DNA of 63,464 bases from NCBI GenBank assembly GCA_017551005.1, contig JAFZNI010000339.1, positions 1 through 63,464 on the forward strand, written 5' to 3'. A model generated the notes under the pieces. The model saw only the letters and a program-made list of their open reading frames with translations. It had not been told where the DNA came from and ran no database searches. Positions within the stretch are counted from its first letter, which is position 1; the number at the start of each line of letters is the position of its first letter. Shown piece by piece: positions 54,311-63,464 of the stretch. The position numbers and the translations under genes were made by a program. The stretch is from Prevotella sp. Lineage in GTDB: Bacteria; Bacteroidota; Bacteroidia; Bacteroidales; Bacteroidaceae.

Positions 54311-55510
54311 TTACCAATTATGTAGTTCGTGTGGGTCCTCAGGATTCTGTGGATCCCACTCAGTTACTTTAACAGTGTTCACCTCGAGTTTCGAGGATCC
54401 GATGTAATAGGCATAGACGACCCACGTCTGGTTGCGGCGGAAATCGCTGCCAATCATCGTAAAGGGAGCAGTCTTCGTTTCTGACGTATTACTGCCCACC
54501 CTATATTTTATGATACCCGTCAGTTTCTTGTCGCTCTCCGGCAGATAGACCACCGGGAACTGTGTCAGCGGCGCATGATCTCCAACAGTCCACTCATCAA
54601 GTTTTGCCTCATATCCCGCTTCTGTCATGCTACTGCTATAGGCATACTGCGTAGGGTCATCGTTCTGGGCCACCGGGCTGTTTAGAGAACTTTCCACAAG
54701 TGCCACTTCCTCATTCAAGGTTCCACCTTCCACCCAGAAATTGGGATGGGTCTTATCGAGGAAGAAGCGCTCCTCATAATACATCATATTCTTATCCAAG
54801 GTGATCCCTTCGACAAAGATCTGGTTGGCCAGAGCCTCCGCATCGTTCTCTCCTTTCAAAGAGGAGAACACAAAACGTATCTTCGACACATCGCGCACCA
54901 GTCGCAGATTGGCATCATTGATATGCAGGACATTGTTCTGATCGAAGACGCTCCTGCCCCGGGCCACACCGGACATGGGAACACCCTTGCCCTCTGGAAT
55001 AGAAGTGACAGCCTTATGTGGAGATTCCATAAAACTGAAGAAATGTCCACCGTCAAAGACGGCCTTGTCCAACTTTTGGCTGTTAACAATCGGGTCTTTA
55101 TATTCCGTGCCGTTGTTGCCAATCTGATTAGCCAGCACATAGATATCGACAGGCTCTGGATTGCGGACAAAACTCAGGTCGGTCAGTTCTATGCTATAGG
55201 AGTCGCTCCTGCTGTTGTTCAAGCCAGCCAACTCCTCCTCTGTAGTCAGAGAAAGGCTGGCCACTTTCTTAGTGGGGTCGCTGCTTCTGAATACCCAGAT
55301 CTGCAGGTTATATATCTTTGCTTCATTTTCGGTAGGAATGATCTCGCTACGTGTCACGGCTGGGCGTTCAGGGGCATAGATATAGATGTTCAGTCTGGGC
55401 TCGTCTTCCGACTCGTCACTGCTGCAACTGATACAGATTGTCTGCAGCACCAGCAATAAGAGCAGGGTGCCAGACCATATCCATCTATATCTTGTCTCCT
55501 TCTTCATCAT
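54311..55510 (-). CDS. FimA/Mfa-like fimbrial lipoprotein
   Basis: Lipobox ISC-SSDE, AVTR, EAKIYNLQIWVF, VPMSG, LVRDVSKIRF, FRRN, C-terminal V.EW. Confidence 0.72.
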   Translation of the reverse strand: MMKKETRYRWIWSGTLLLLLVLQTICISCSSDESEDEPRLNIYIYAPERPAVTRSEIIPTENEAKIYNLQIWVFRSSDPTKKVASLSLTTEEELAGLNNSRSDSYSIELTDLSFVRNPEPVDIYVLANQIGNNGTEYKDPIVNSQKLDKAVFDGGHFFSFMESPHKAVTSIPEGKGVPMSGVARGRSVFDQNNVLHINDANLRLVRDVSKIRFVFSSLKGENDAEALANQIFVEGITLDKNMMYYEERFFLDKTHPNFWVEGGTLNEEVALVESSLNSPVAQNDDPTQYAYSSSMTEAGYEAKLDEWTVGDHAPLTQFPVVYLPESDKKLTGIIKYRVGSNTSETKTAPFTMIGSDFRRNQTWVVYAYYIGSSKLEVNTVKVTEWDPQNPEDPHELHNW

Positions 55511-55517
55511 TTCTTAT

Positions 55518-57359
55518 TTATTGTTGCAACTCCAACGTGGTGGGCGGGACAGATTCCCAATTTGCAACTTTAACACCAATCTCCATCCGCGACGCCAAAA
55601 GGTTGGGCATCACATTATAGGCATTAGCAAAACTTTCGACCTTCATCATGAACGTCGTCGTATAATCCTGGGTGAACACACGGTTTTTGTTCTCCGCATA
55701 CATGCCAGTAGTCGATGACGGAGAACTTGGATCAACCTCGCCAACAAGATAGAACTTCGTACCAGGATAGACAATACCGTCGTGTCCCATGAACTTCTGA
55801 TTACTCTTGTTCTCAAACTCCAAGACTACTCGCACTTTCTTCATCTCATACGACTGTAGCACAAGGGTGTTGGTATTACCCGACTCCTCTGAACTGCTCA
55901 GGTAATAATAGTCATAAGTGTTAGTGCCTGTCTTTTTCGTCTTCACCTGTGAATCGTAGACAACAAGCATATTACTGGCGAAATCGGCAGATGCCGTCTC
56001 ATCTGTCGGCCATTCCTGCACAGTCTCAGGCCTGAAGTCAAAGCCTACAGGATACTGTCCACTTACGATAACGGCTGTCAGTGGATAGTAGGAGTCTTTG
56101 AAACTAACTTCCTCACCATTTTTATCTTTAAGCGTCGTTTTCAGCATATCCAATCTGACACTCATCCTTGCTACGCCATACTGCACCGGTGCAACCATAG
56201 CCGCTGACTTTGTACCGGAATTCACGACGGTACCCGTGGTATAGTGCCCAAGGACACCGTTCCATGTGGTCTCATTCTGATAGATGCTCTTCAACAATTG
56301 ATATTGAGAGGTCTTAATCGTACTGTTACAGTAGTAACAAAGTTCGGCAGGATAGACAAAGTGGCCTATGCTGGTGATAGCAGCCTCTATGGTGGTCTTT
56401 ATCTGAGGCACGAATTTTGATTCTGTTCCATTCCATTGCAAGGCTGCGGCCCCGTCAGGCAAACCGATATTAGCAGGATAGCCGCTGAGATCATCGGCAA
56501 GAGCCGTTACCTTTCCTCCTGTAACGATGGCCTTGGCAGCGATGTTGCCACGGATCGCCTCGGCTAAGTCATTATCTGACTCCCGAAGACCTACCTCAGT
56601 GTATAATTCCTCTACGAAAGCCCTGATATTGGCCGATGAGCCAGCGATGACACCATAATTCCCCGCATCGTCCTGATGGAGGAAGTTCAGATAGAGTGCC
56701 TTTAGTTTGGCATCGTCGGTAGAGGCCCAACCAGCCGTATTGACAATAGTGGTCAGATAATTGGCCAAGGCCTGTGCTTTGGCATCAACGGGTGCCTCTT
56801 GGCCATCTTCCATACTAATGATAGGCTCCAAATTAAATCGAATCTTGGAGGGCACTCTGCCGTCGGTACCCGGTGTCATCAGCGTTGAACCGTAATAAGC
56901 CTTGTTTGTGGCTGGAATAGCAGTGCCATCCACCATCACAGTATTGGCACCCTTGGCATAGAACAGCATGGAGGCCGTCTCTGGCCAGAACGAGCACTCT
57001 GGATAATAATAGAAAGCCGCATTCGGAGTCAGTTCGCTGGGTTTTCCCGCCACACGTCCGGACTCATTTCCATTGTTGGCGTCAAAGATATATGGAGCAT
57101 CATTCTTCATAATAGTCCCAGTAGTCTTAAATGGAATAATCCGTACATCCTTCAGCCCGCGATAATGGTTAGAGGATATCTGCACCACACTGTCGGCCAT
57201 ACGTGTCGTGACCACAGGCTCATCAAATATATCGGGAATGGAGAATGCCAGACTGATGTCAACAGGCAAATAGTTGACGACAGGCGACTCTTCACGCTCG
57301 CTGCAACCCGTCAGGATTGCAACTGCCATTATTCCTATTATGAGTATCTTATTCGTCAA
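55518..57359 (-). CDS. Pilin-like lipoprotein, paralog of 58434-60401 (TTG start)
   Basis: Lipobox LTGC-SERE, VTTR; shares GLPDG.A.L, YPAEL.YYCNST, YGV, KFYL.G and NAY..P.L with the paralog. Confidence 0.72.
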   Translation of the reverse strand: MTNKILIIGIMAVAILTGCSEREESPVVNYLPVDISLAFSIPDIFDEPVVTTRMADSVVQISSNHYRGLKDVRIIPFKTTGTIMKNDAPYIFDANNGNESGRVAGKPSELTPNAAFYYYPECSFWPETASMLFYAKGANTVMVDGTAIPATNKAYYGSTLMTPGTDGRVPSKIRFNLEPIISMEDGQEAPVDAKAQALANYLTTIVNTAGWASTDDAKLKALYLNFLHQDDAGNYGVIAGSSANIRAFVEELYTEVGLRESDNDLAEAIRGNIAAKAIVTGGKVTALADDLSGYPANIGLPDGAAALQWNGTESKFVPQIKTTIEAAITSIGHFVYPAELCYYCNSTIKTSQYQLLKSIYQNETTWNGVLGHYTTGTVVNSGTKSAAMVAPVQYGVARMSVRLDMLKTTLKDKNGEEVSFKDSYYPLTAVIVSGQYPVGFDFRPETVQEWPTDETASADFASNMLVVYDSQVKTKKTGTNTYDYYYLSSSEESGNTNTLVLQSYEMKKVRVVLEFENKSNQKFMGHDGIVYPGTKFYLVGEVDPSSPSSTTGMYAENKNRVFTQDYTTTFMMKVESFANAYNVMPNLLASRMEIGVKVANWESVPPTTLELQQ

Positions 57360-57373
57360 TTATCACTAATCTA

Positions 57374-58432
57374 TTATATCTCTGGGTTATACGTCCCAGC
57401 CTCCTTCCAGTCGAGGTTGACACTCACACCCACTATAGGAGAATCTGTCTCCACACTACCATCCTTACGAATGCGACCCCTGATAATCTTCAACTGACCC
57501 GCACGCAGCGGCTCACGGATACGGAGAAGGGTCTCTGTGATCTTTCCGTCGGAGTTTGGAACATACACACGGAACTCCCACAGTGATTTCTCACCTGGCT
57601 GGGCAATGAAAGGCTCCTCTGTCTCGATGACGGTTCGAGTGCGGTCGGTTGCTTTTTCCTCAGGCTCCGGCGAAGGGAACGTTACGGAACAAAAACCCAC
57701 ATCGCTACCATCATCTTGTCCTTTTATGAATGAGGTACGCACGATAGGCGACTGTTTGGGGAAGACAAACGCACTGTCGCAAATGCTGAACCCAGTGGCA
57801 AAACCTGTGCTAAAGACCTTTACTTTGCTGACATCGTGACCTTGTGGATCAAGCACCAACATAGAGGCACAGTTGGTCATGAACAGATGTACATTGAAGG
57901 TCTGGTTGACTCCCTCCAGCACATTCATCGGCAGGCGAGCCGTAAAGAGACCCGTATCGTGGGAGTCAACGGTATCACGGACCACCTGCTGGAGCATTGA
58001 CGGATGGCAATGCTCATCATTGGCCAAACCTACCAGTTTGTTGTCCACAATATTCGCCGCAGCCAAATGCATATAGTGGTGCATTGGAAGGTTCAGTGTG
58101 TAACTGGCCTGGTTGGCATCCATGATATGACGGTCGTGCTGTAGGCGCACAGAGTCTTTGACTGTATCATAGAAGGACAGATCGACATCATGGGCATAAT
58201 CGCTGAATATCTCACTCAGATGGGTACGCAAGGCCATGGCCAAATGGAAATCAGCCTGTGCGGACAACTGCGTCTGAATCTCGGTGGTCATATTGGTCAC
58301 CAGTTGCAATTCGTAGTCGACCTCAGCCTGTACGCCGCAATCACTCTGATCCTCGTCAACCATCGAGCAACCAGAGAAGATGACTACGGTAGCCATCGCA
58401 ATGACCGTTCCGATTATGCGCCAACGCCTCAT
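57374..58432 (-). CDS. FimB/Mfa2-like anchor lipoprotein
   Basis: FSGC-SMVDEDQSDC (C..D.D.S.C pattern of the Mfa2 family); no N-terminal TR motif; ends VSVNLDWKEAG. Confidence 0.7.
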   Translation of the reverse strand: MRRWRIIGTVIAMATVVIFSGCSMVDEDQSDCGVQAEVDYELQLVTNMTTEIQTQLSAQADFHLAMALRTHLSEIFSDYAHDVDLSFYDTVKDSVRLQHDRHIMDANQASYTLNLPMHHYMHLAAANIVDNKLVGLANDEHCHPSMLQQVVRDTVDSHDTGLFTARLPMNVLEGVNQTFNVHLFMTNCASMLVLDPQGHDVSKVKVFSTGFATGFSICDSAFVFPKQSPIVRTSFIKGQDDGSDVGFCSVTFPSPEPEEKATDRTRTVIETEEPFIAQPGEKSLWEFRVYVPNSDGKITETLLRIREPLRAGQLKIIRGRIRKDGSVETDSPIVGVSVNLDWKEAGTYNPEI

Positions 58433-58433
58433 C

Positions 58434-60401
58434 CTACTGAATTATCACATTGAAGTTCAGGCCAGCCTTCCACTCCAGATCCACAGAGAGGCCAAAAAGC
58501 ATCTGTGTAGAGCGCAGGTCGGGAATGGTAGAATAAGCATTCTGCAGGGCATTCGTACCAATCGTAAACGTGGCTGTAGTGACAGCATCACGAATGAACA
58601 CACGATCCTTACCATAGCCTGCGTCGCCACTCTGGAAACTGGTCTGCTTGGACCAGTCGATACCATTGCCTTCGCCTAATGTAGTCGGGTCAAGGCTACC
58701 AATCAGGTAGAACTTCTCGCCCTCCTTAATGAATCCACTCAAGCCATAGAAACTTCTGTCGGCTATCATTTCCAAAGCGACATACACTTTGTCCTGTGCA
58801 TTATCTTCCGTTTCCCGAGTCGTGTAGTTGTCAAGGACAAGCGTGTAGTTCGTCACCGTCTTGGTAATGTCCGTTGCAGGCAACTTGCCATCGGTATACG
58901 GGTCAAGATAAGAATCATAAATCACCTTGTTGAATGACGTGCTCTTAGGCAGGAACTCATACTGGGCCGCATCAGGCTGACCGCCAATCAGAATACCCGT
59001 CAGAGTAAACGAGATGGCATTGTCGGATGATACCGTTGTTCCATTGAACACATTATTCTCCAAGTCCCCGTTGGTAATCTTTTTGGCATTATCAATAAAA
59101 GTGTTATCACCATTACGCTGGACGATGGCCTTCAACTGAGAAACACCATATGTGATATTTTCCTTCATGGCCACAGCACGCGTTGAAGGAATCACAGCGC
59201 CCTCGCTCCAATTGTTACTAGTCCAAGAGGACTCGTCAGCCCAATCTGCTGCGGTCGTCGGGAAAGTGTTGGCATCTTTACCCACAGTGGTCTGCCATAG
59301 GGTAGAGTTACAGTAATAAGCCAATTCTGCAGGATATGTAATTTTGTCATAGTCCACAGAGACGCTCGACAGGGTGGTCTCGCTATTCTTGTAGGCAAAC
59401 TGTCCATTGCTGAATTCCAATATGGCACATCCGTCGGGCAGACCTAAACTATGAGGATAGTCAGACACAGATGAAGTGGCGTCATTATAACTGTCACCCC
59501 ATTGATATACTATATTTGGAGACTCTCCCACCTTAACGACGGTGAAAAACTGTGAAATCTTATCCAGAATTGTTTCGGACAAAACCTTAGCAGGATCGTA
59601 GGTGGTATTGCTATATACGTCATTGATGGCAGCAAACAACTCACCCACCATATTCCTGACGGCTGTGGAAGAGCCCTGACGAACATCACCATCCGAAGCC
59701 TGGTTGATAAACCTGTCATAGGCCTGGCCAAGAGCCACCAACTCATTATTGCTCGTTCCACTTGTTGCCGACCACTTCAGTGCTTCTGGTGCCGTAATCT
59801 CTATACCGACAAGACCGTTCAGAATACCAGCCAGCGTAGTTTGAGGATCTGTATAATCACTTTCATTCTCCACCTGATTAGAGAGGCTAAATGTGATGTT
59901 GTTTACCCCACTGATATCTCCGGCATAAGTCTTGTTCAACTTTCCATATTCTGTTGGCCGTGCAGTTTTGTAATCATCATTGGCTGTCGCATAGAACAGG
60001 AAATCCTTTGTTCCTGTAGGAATATACAGCGTATATACCTTGCTGGAATTTGTTGTCTCAGTTCCTGAGAGGGTGGGGTCTGGCTTGCCAAAAGCATCAA
60101 GGGCAAACTTGTGGTTAGCATCGAAAGTGCTATAAGCACCCGTCACACTGGGAGTACCATCAAAACAGAACAAATACATGTCATAGATGCCCTGGAACGA
60201 ATAATTGCCGACTGCCGTACTTGACTGACGTGTCCGTTCCTGAGGTTGCGTCACATTAAAGACAAACTGTGTCTTTACACTACCTGTCTCCGGGTTGTAG
60301 TTTGGGTTGTCGACCACCTCTTCAGAGGAGCAACCTAAGAGACCCACTGTGCCAATGAGTATAACTCCACTCATTAAGGCAAAAAGCATTCTTTTCTTCA
60401 T
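58434..60401 (-). CDS. Major-pilin-like (Mfa1-like) lipoprotein
   Basis: Lipobox LLGC-SSEE, VKTQFVFNV..ERTR motif, C-terminal amphipathic strands GLSVDLEWKAGLNFNVII. Start placed at ATG 60401. Confidence 0.72.
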   Translation of the reverse strand: MKKRMLFALMSGVILIGTVGLLGCSSEEVVDNPNYNPETGSVKTQFVFNVTQPQERTRQSSTAVGNYSFQGIYDMYLFCFDGTPSVTGAYSTFDANHKFALDAFGKPDPTLSGTETTNSSKVYTLYIPTGTKDFLFYATANDDYKTARPTEYGKLNKTYAGDISGVNNITFSLSNQVENESDYTDPQTTLAGILNGLVGIEITAPEALKWSATSGTSNNELVALGQAYDRFINQASDGDVRQGSSTAVRNMVGELFAAINDVYSNTTYDPAKVLSETILDKISQFFTVVKVGESPNIVYQWGDSYNDATSSVSDYPHSLGLPDGCAILEFSNGQFAYKNSETTLSSVSVDYDKITYPAELAYYCNSTLWQTTVGKDANTFPTTAADWADESSWTSNNWSEGAVIPSTRAVAMKENITYGVSQLKAIVQRNGDNTFIDNAKKITNGDLENNVFNGTTVSSDNAISFTLTGILIGGQPDAAQYEFLPKSTSFNKVIYDSYLDPYTDGKLPATDITKTVTNYTLVLDNYTTRETEDNAQDKVYVALEMIADRSFYGLSGFIKEGEKFYLIGSLDPTTLGEGNGIDWSKQTSFQSGDAGYGKDRVFIRDAVTTATFTIGTNALQNAYSTIPDLRSTQMLFGLSVDLEWKAGLNFNVIIQ

Positions 60402-60436
60402 AACTTCGATTGTTTTTATTTGTTTTCTAATTATGT

Positions 60437-61048
60437 TCAATTAATAATATACACGACATTCACACCCAACAGGGGTAGCAAGAAGATGCGGTCGCCCTTC
60501 CCATAGAAGGTGCCGCAGTGATCACAATCATACTCCTTAAACCAGGCGTAGCCGATGGCAATACCAGCCTCGGCTTCAATCCGCCAGTCACGGGCAAGTA
60601 TCCAACTATAACCATATTTTCCACCCAACGCAAAGAGGTCGCCCTGTAAGCGACGATCCTTGACGGCTGAATAGAGACCAAACGGAATCTTGGTATTACC
60701 CACATTAAAGTGGCTATAAATCGCATCCAGTTCCAGATAGTTGACACGACGAGTGACGAGAGAATCACGCTTGTAATTGTGATACCAACGCACATTGGGG
60801 GAAACGAGGACATGACGCCACTTTTTGTTGGTGTCCTTGTCAATGTCCCAGGCGTTGAAGCCTACATTCAAACCCAGCGCCCAAGTGCTATCGAGGCGAA
60901 CCTCCGCCCCCAGATTGGGAGACAAAGTAGCATCGTAGAACAAATTGTTACGCAATGCAACACGCTGAGCATCCGCGTCGTGACAGACGCAGAAAAATAA
61001 TAGCAACGCTATTAAAATTGGTCGTTTTGTGGTTGTAAATTTGTTCAT
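60437..61048 (-). CDS. DUF3575-like outer-membrane beta-barrel protein
   Basis: ADA|Q signal; ALRNNLFYDATLSPNLGAE, WRH..VSP.VRWY, GYSWIL...WRIEAEAG; terminal strand VNVVYI. Start placed at ATG 61048, downstream of the promoter. Confidence 0.82.
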   Translation of the reverse strand: MNKFTTTKRPILIALLLFFCVCHDADAQRVALRNNLFYDATLSPNLGAEVRLDSTWALGLNVGFNAWDIDKDTNKKWRHVLVSPNVRWYHNYKRDSLVTRRVNYLELDAIYSHFNVGNTKIPFGLYSAVKDRRLQGDLFALGGKYGYSWILARDWRIEAEAGIAIGYAWFKEYDCDHCGTFYGKGDRIFLLPLLGVNVVYIIN

Positions 61049-61066
61049 CTCAAACGTTTGACACGA

Positions 61067-61097
61067 CAAAAGTACAACTTTTTACCATAAAATCAAA
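61067..61097 (-). promoter_or_regulatory. Bacteroidetes promoter for the DUF3575-pilin operon
   Basis: Minus strand: TTTG (61097-61094), 19-nt spacer, TACTTTTG (61074-61067). Confidence 0.72.
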
Positions 61098-61207
61098 GGA
61101 TTTTATCGACGAATGCGCAAAAATTAACCCTTTTTCACAACTTTAACAGAGGGAGGATTTTTACCCCCCCCTATAAAATTTGCAATATTATTTTACATTC
61201 GTTTGAT

Positions 61208-63205
61208 TTAGTATTCGAGAATCAGGGATTGTCTGGGTTTAAGTTCAAGGTTGGTGGAGAGATCGTAATAGCGGTTTGTCAGGATATCCTTGACACGGGT
61301 AGCGGAGCCGATGACCTCGGCGTAGCGGGAGACATCAAGGGTGGCGGGCTTAGAGGTGCCGTTGAGGATGGCAAGAGCCGTCTTTCCTTTATGTTGGCGG
61401 GCAACGACATAGATGCCATTGTAAGGGATGAACTGGATCTGCTTACCCTTGGTGATGACCTCGTTGCCCTGACGCCAGTGGAGCAGACGGGAGAGCCATG
61501 AGAACATACTCTGCTCAGCCTTGGTACGTCCCTCTTTCGTGAAGCAGTCATGGGTGTCGCCAGGGAATCCGCCAGGGTAATCTTTTCTGACATTTCCGTC
61601 GGTTACCTCTTTGGTGCCATTCATGAGCACTTCTGTGCCGTAATAAAGTTGTGGTGTACGATTAACAATTAATAACAGAGCAAGTGCCTGCTTCAGGGCG
61701 AGGGTGTCCTTACCGTTACCCAAAAAACGGTCGGTATCATGGTTCTCGATGAAGGCCATCACATTCGACGGGTTCGGGTAGAGGTAGTCATAGACGAAGG
61801 AATTGTAAAGACGATTCAATCCGTTCCACCACGCATCGGTCTCCTCGTTCTTGGCCTGGTTCAGTTTGTCGAAGAAGGAGAAGTCCATGACGGTCTTAAG
61901 GTAGGTATTACCCAAGCGCTCGTTCATACCCCTGTCGCCCCCTAACTTAGGGGGCCTTGCTTGCCAGGCGGCGGTGTAGGCGGGTTCGGTGACCCACGTC
62001 TCACCGACGGTGTTGAAGTTGGGATATTCCTCGTTGAGTTCCTTCATCCACTGGGCCATCGCCTCGGCATAGGCGTATGGATAGGTGTCCATACGGATGC
62101 CGTCGATGCCAACGGTCTCAATCCACCAGATACTGTTCTGGATGAGATAGCGCATCAGATGGGGATTACGCTGGTTGAGATCGGGCATGGAAGGCACAAA
62201 CCAACCCTCGGTGGTCTCTTTGAGGTCAATCTTCGAGGCGTATGGATCGAGGACGGTGGTGAGTTTGTAGGAAGTCTGGAGGTAAGCGGACTTCCTGGGA
62301 TTTCCGGATTCTCCGGAGGACTGGGCGAAGCCTGTCATAGGATCACGACCAGACTTTTCCTCGTTGAGCCATTCGGGCATGTTGAGCCAGTCCTTGGAGG
62401 GCATGTCCTGTGTCCAAGGGTGCTCGAAGCCGCTGTGGTTGAAGATCATGTCCATCACAATCTTCAGACCTTTGGCGTGGGCCTCATCACAGAGTTTCTT
62501 ATAATCCTCGTTCGAACCGAAACGGGGATCTACACGGTAGTAGTTCGTAGTGGCATAGCCATGATAGGTGGAGTAGCCGTTATCGGTATCAGGGGAGTCA
62601 TTCTCCAACACGGGAGTGAACCAGAGGGCCGTCACACCCAGTTCCTTGAAATAGTCGAGATGCTCGCGGATGCCGTTGAGGTCACCTCCATGACGGAGGG
62701 AGGGCTTGGTGCGGTCTTCCTTATAGGTCCGCATGCCCTTGACCTGTGGATTGTGGTTGGCTCCTTGCGCAAAGCGGTCGGGCATGAGCATATAGAGCAC
62801 ATCGGCGTTGGTAAATCCCATGCGCTCCGCCCCACTCTTCTCCCGTGCTTTCAGCACATAGTCGAATCTCAACTCCTTACTCCTTCTCTCCTTCTCTCCC
62901 TTAAACACCAGAGTCATCGTGCCGGGCTGGGCATCACGCACGTTCATATAAACAAGGAGATAGTTGGGCGAGTCGAGACGCACCAGACTGTCGATACGGA
63001 CACCGGGATAATCGGTGGTCACGTCGGCTATATCACGAATGCCCGGGCCATAAACCATCAACTGCACCGAGGGGTTCTTCAGTCCCACATACCAGTCGGT
63101 GGGCTCTATCCGGTCGATCACTTGTTTCTTTGCTGCACTCATTGTTAAGACATTAGCCATCAGCATGGCAATTACAAATAATATTGTTCTCATATCGCTA
63201 TTCAT
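61208..63205 (-). CDS. GH13 neopullulanase/cyclomaltodextrinase (SusA-like)
   Basis: Signal peptide; IDRIEPTDWYVG, YMLMPDRFA, YHGY, DMIFNH, GIRMDT (nucleophile), VGETW, FIENHD. Confidence 0.92.
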   Translation of the reverse strand: MNSDMRTILFVIAMLMANVLTMSAAKKQVIDRIEPTDWYVGLKNPSVQLMVYGPGIRDIADVTTDYPGVRIDSLVRLDSPNYLLVYMNVRDAQPGTMTLVFKGEKERRSKELRFDYVLKAREKSGAERMGFTNADVLYMLMPDRFAQGANHNPQVKGMRTYKEDRTKPSLRHGGDLNGIREHLDYFKELGVTALWFTPVLENDSPDTDNGYSTYHGYATTNYYRVDPRFGSNEDYKKLCDEAHAKGLKIVMDMIFNHSGFEHPWTQDMPSKDWLNMPEWLNEEKSGRDPMTGFAQSSGESGNPRKSAYLQTSYKLTTVLDPYASKIDLKETTEGWFVPSMPDLNQRNPHLMRYLIQNSIWWIETVGIDGIRMDTYPYAYAEAMAQWMKELNEEYPNFNTVGETWVTEPAYTAAWQARPPKLGGDRGMNERLGNTYLKTVMDFSFFDKLNQAKNEETDAWWNGLNRLYNSFVYDYLYPNPSNVMAFIENHDTDRFLGNGKDTLALKQALALLLIVNRTPQLYYGTEVLMNGTKEVTDGNVRKDYPGGFPGDTHDCFTKEGRTKAEQSMFSWLSRLLHWRQGNEVITKGKQIQFIPYNGIYVVARQHKGKTALAILNGTSKPATLDVSRYAEVIGSATRVKDILTNRYYDLSTNLELKPRQSLILEY
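61917..61956. repeat. REP-like element inside the GH13 coding sequence
   Basis: cgctcgttcatacccctgtcgccccctaacttagggggcc resembles 9975-10013 and encodes RPPKLGGDRGMNER. Confidence 0.8.
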
Positions 63206-63220
63206 TATACGGTTACATAG

Positions 63221-63464
63221 TTAGTCGTGCAGGATGAGCGCTGACTGCGCATCAACCACAGCCCTGTCGCCTTGAAGGGTGCCGAGGCCGTTTTCGTTGA
63301 TATTTCCATCGCAGCAGACAATGGTATAGTTACCCTTTGGGATGGTCATCTCTATATCTGTCTTGTCGGCATTGAGAATGACGATGATGTTACGCCAGTC
63401 GTCGCGCCCTGCATAGTTCTTCAGACGGAAAGCGACGATCTTTTCCGGAGACTCCAAGAACTCC
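63221..63464 (-). CDS. 3' end of a probable type I pullulanase (truncated by the window edge)
   Basis: IVAFRLKNYAGRDDWRNIIVILNA...VDAQSALILH resembles the pullulanase C-terminal beta domain; adjacent to the GH13 gene. Confidence 0.65.
   Translation of the reverse strand, partial: EFLESPEKIVAFRLKNYAGRDDWRNIIVILNADKTDIEMTIPKGNYTIVCCDGNINENGLGTLQGDRAVVDAQSALILHD

Noticed and set aside
10575-61207. Prophage, ICE or transposon
   Set aside because: No integrase, transposase, relaxase, phage structural gene, tRNA target or att-like terminal repeats were recognised.
62285-62345. Second repeat-derived insertion in the GH13 gene (SSGESGNPRKS; tccggattctccgga)
   Set aside because: Plausible, but there is no matching copy in this window and an orthologue alignment is needed.

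Overview
Bacteroidales chromosomal segment, most likely Prevotella/Xylanibacter-type. This is inferred from TAnnTTTG promoters, signal peptides cleaved before Gln, Prevotella-style C-terminal secretion domains and type V pilin-like lipoproteins. The left ~10.5 kb is mostly housekeeping: a ComEA-like HhH protein, two NSS transporters, VanZ, CYTH, a 52-aa membrane protein, frameshift-free prfB, acyl-CoA synthetase, GNAT and MgtC. At the left edge, an orphan 151-aa gene is followed by two tandem hairpins with compensatory base changes. From ~10.6 to 61.1 kb lies a ~50 kb all-minus-strand surface-structure locus. In transcription order it encodes a DUF3575-like barrel, five pilin-like lipoproteins, a 3982-aa GNVYGGG-repeat protein with a C-terminal secretion domain, a 1510-aa MBG-stalk adhesin, a 1342-aa protein, a HATPase-STAS protein and a 6897-aa GNVYGGG-repeat protein. 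The three GNVYGGG proteins begin and/or end on a bare repeat unit, which suggests (inference) head-to-tail assembly into a tip-shaft-base beta-solenoid filament. The right end has a GH13 SusA-like gene carrying an in-frame palindromic repeat, and a truncated pullulanase-like gene. No rRNA, tRNA, CRISPR array, integrase or transposase was recognised. Family assignments come from motif recognition, not database searches.
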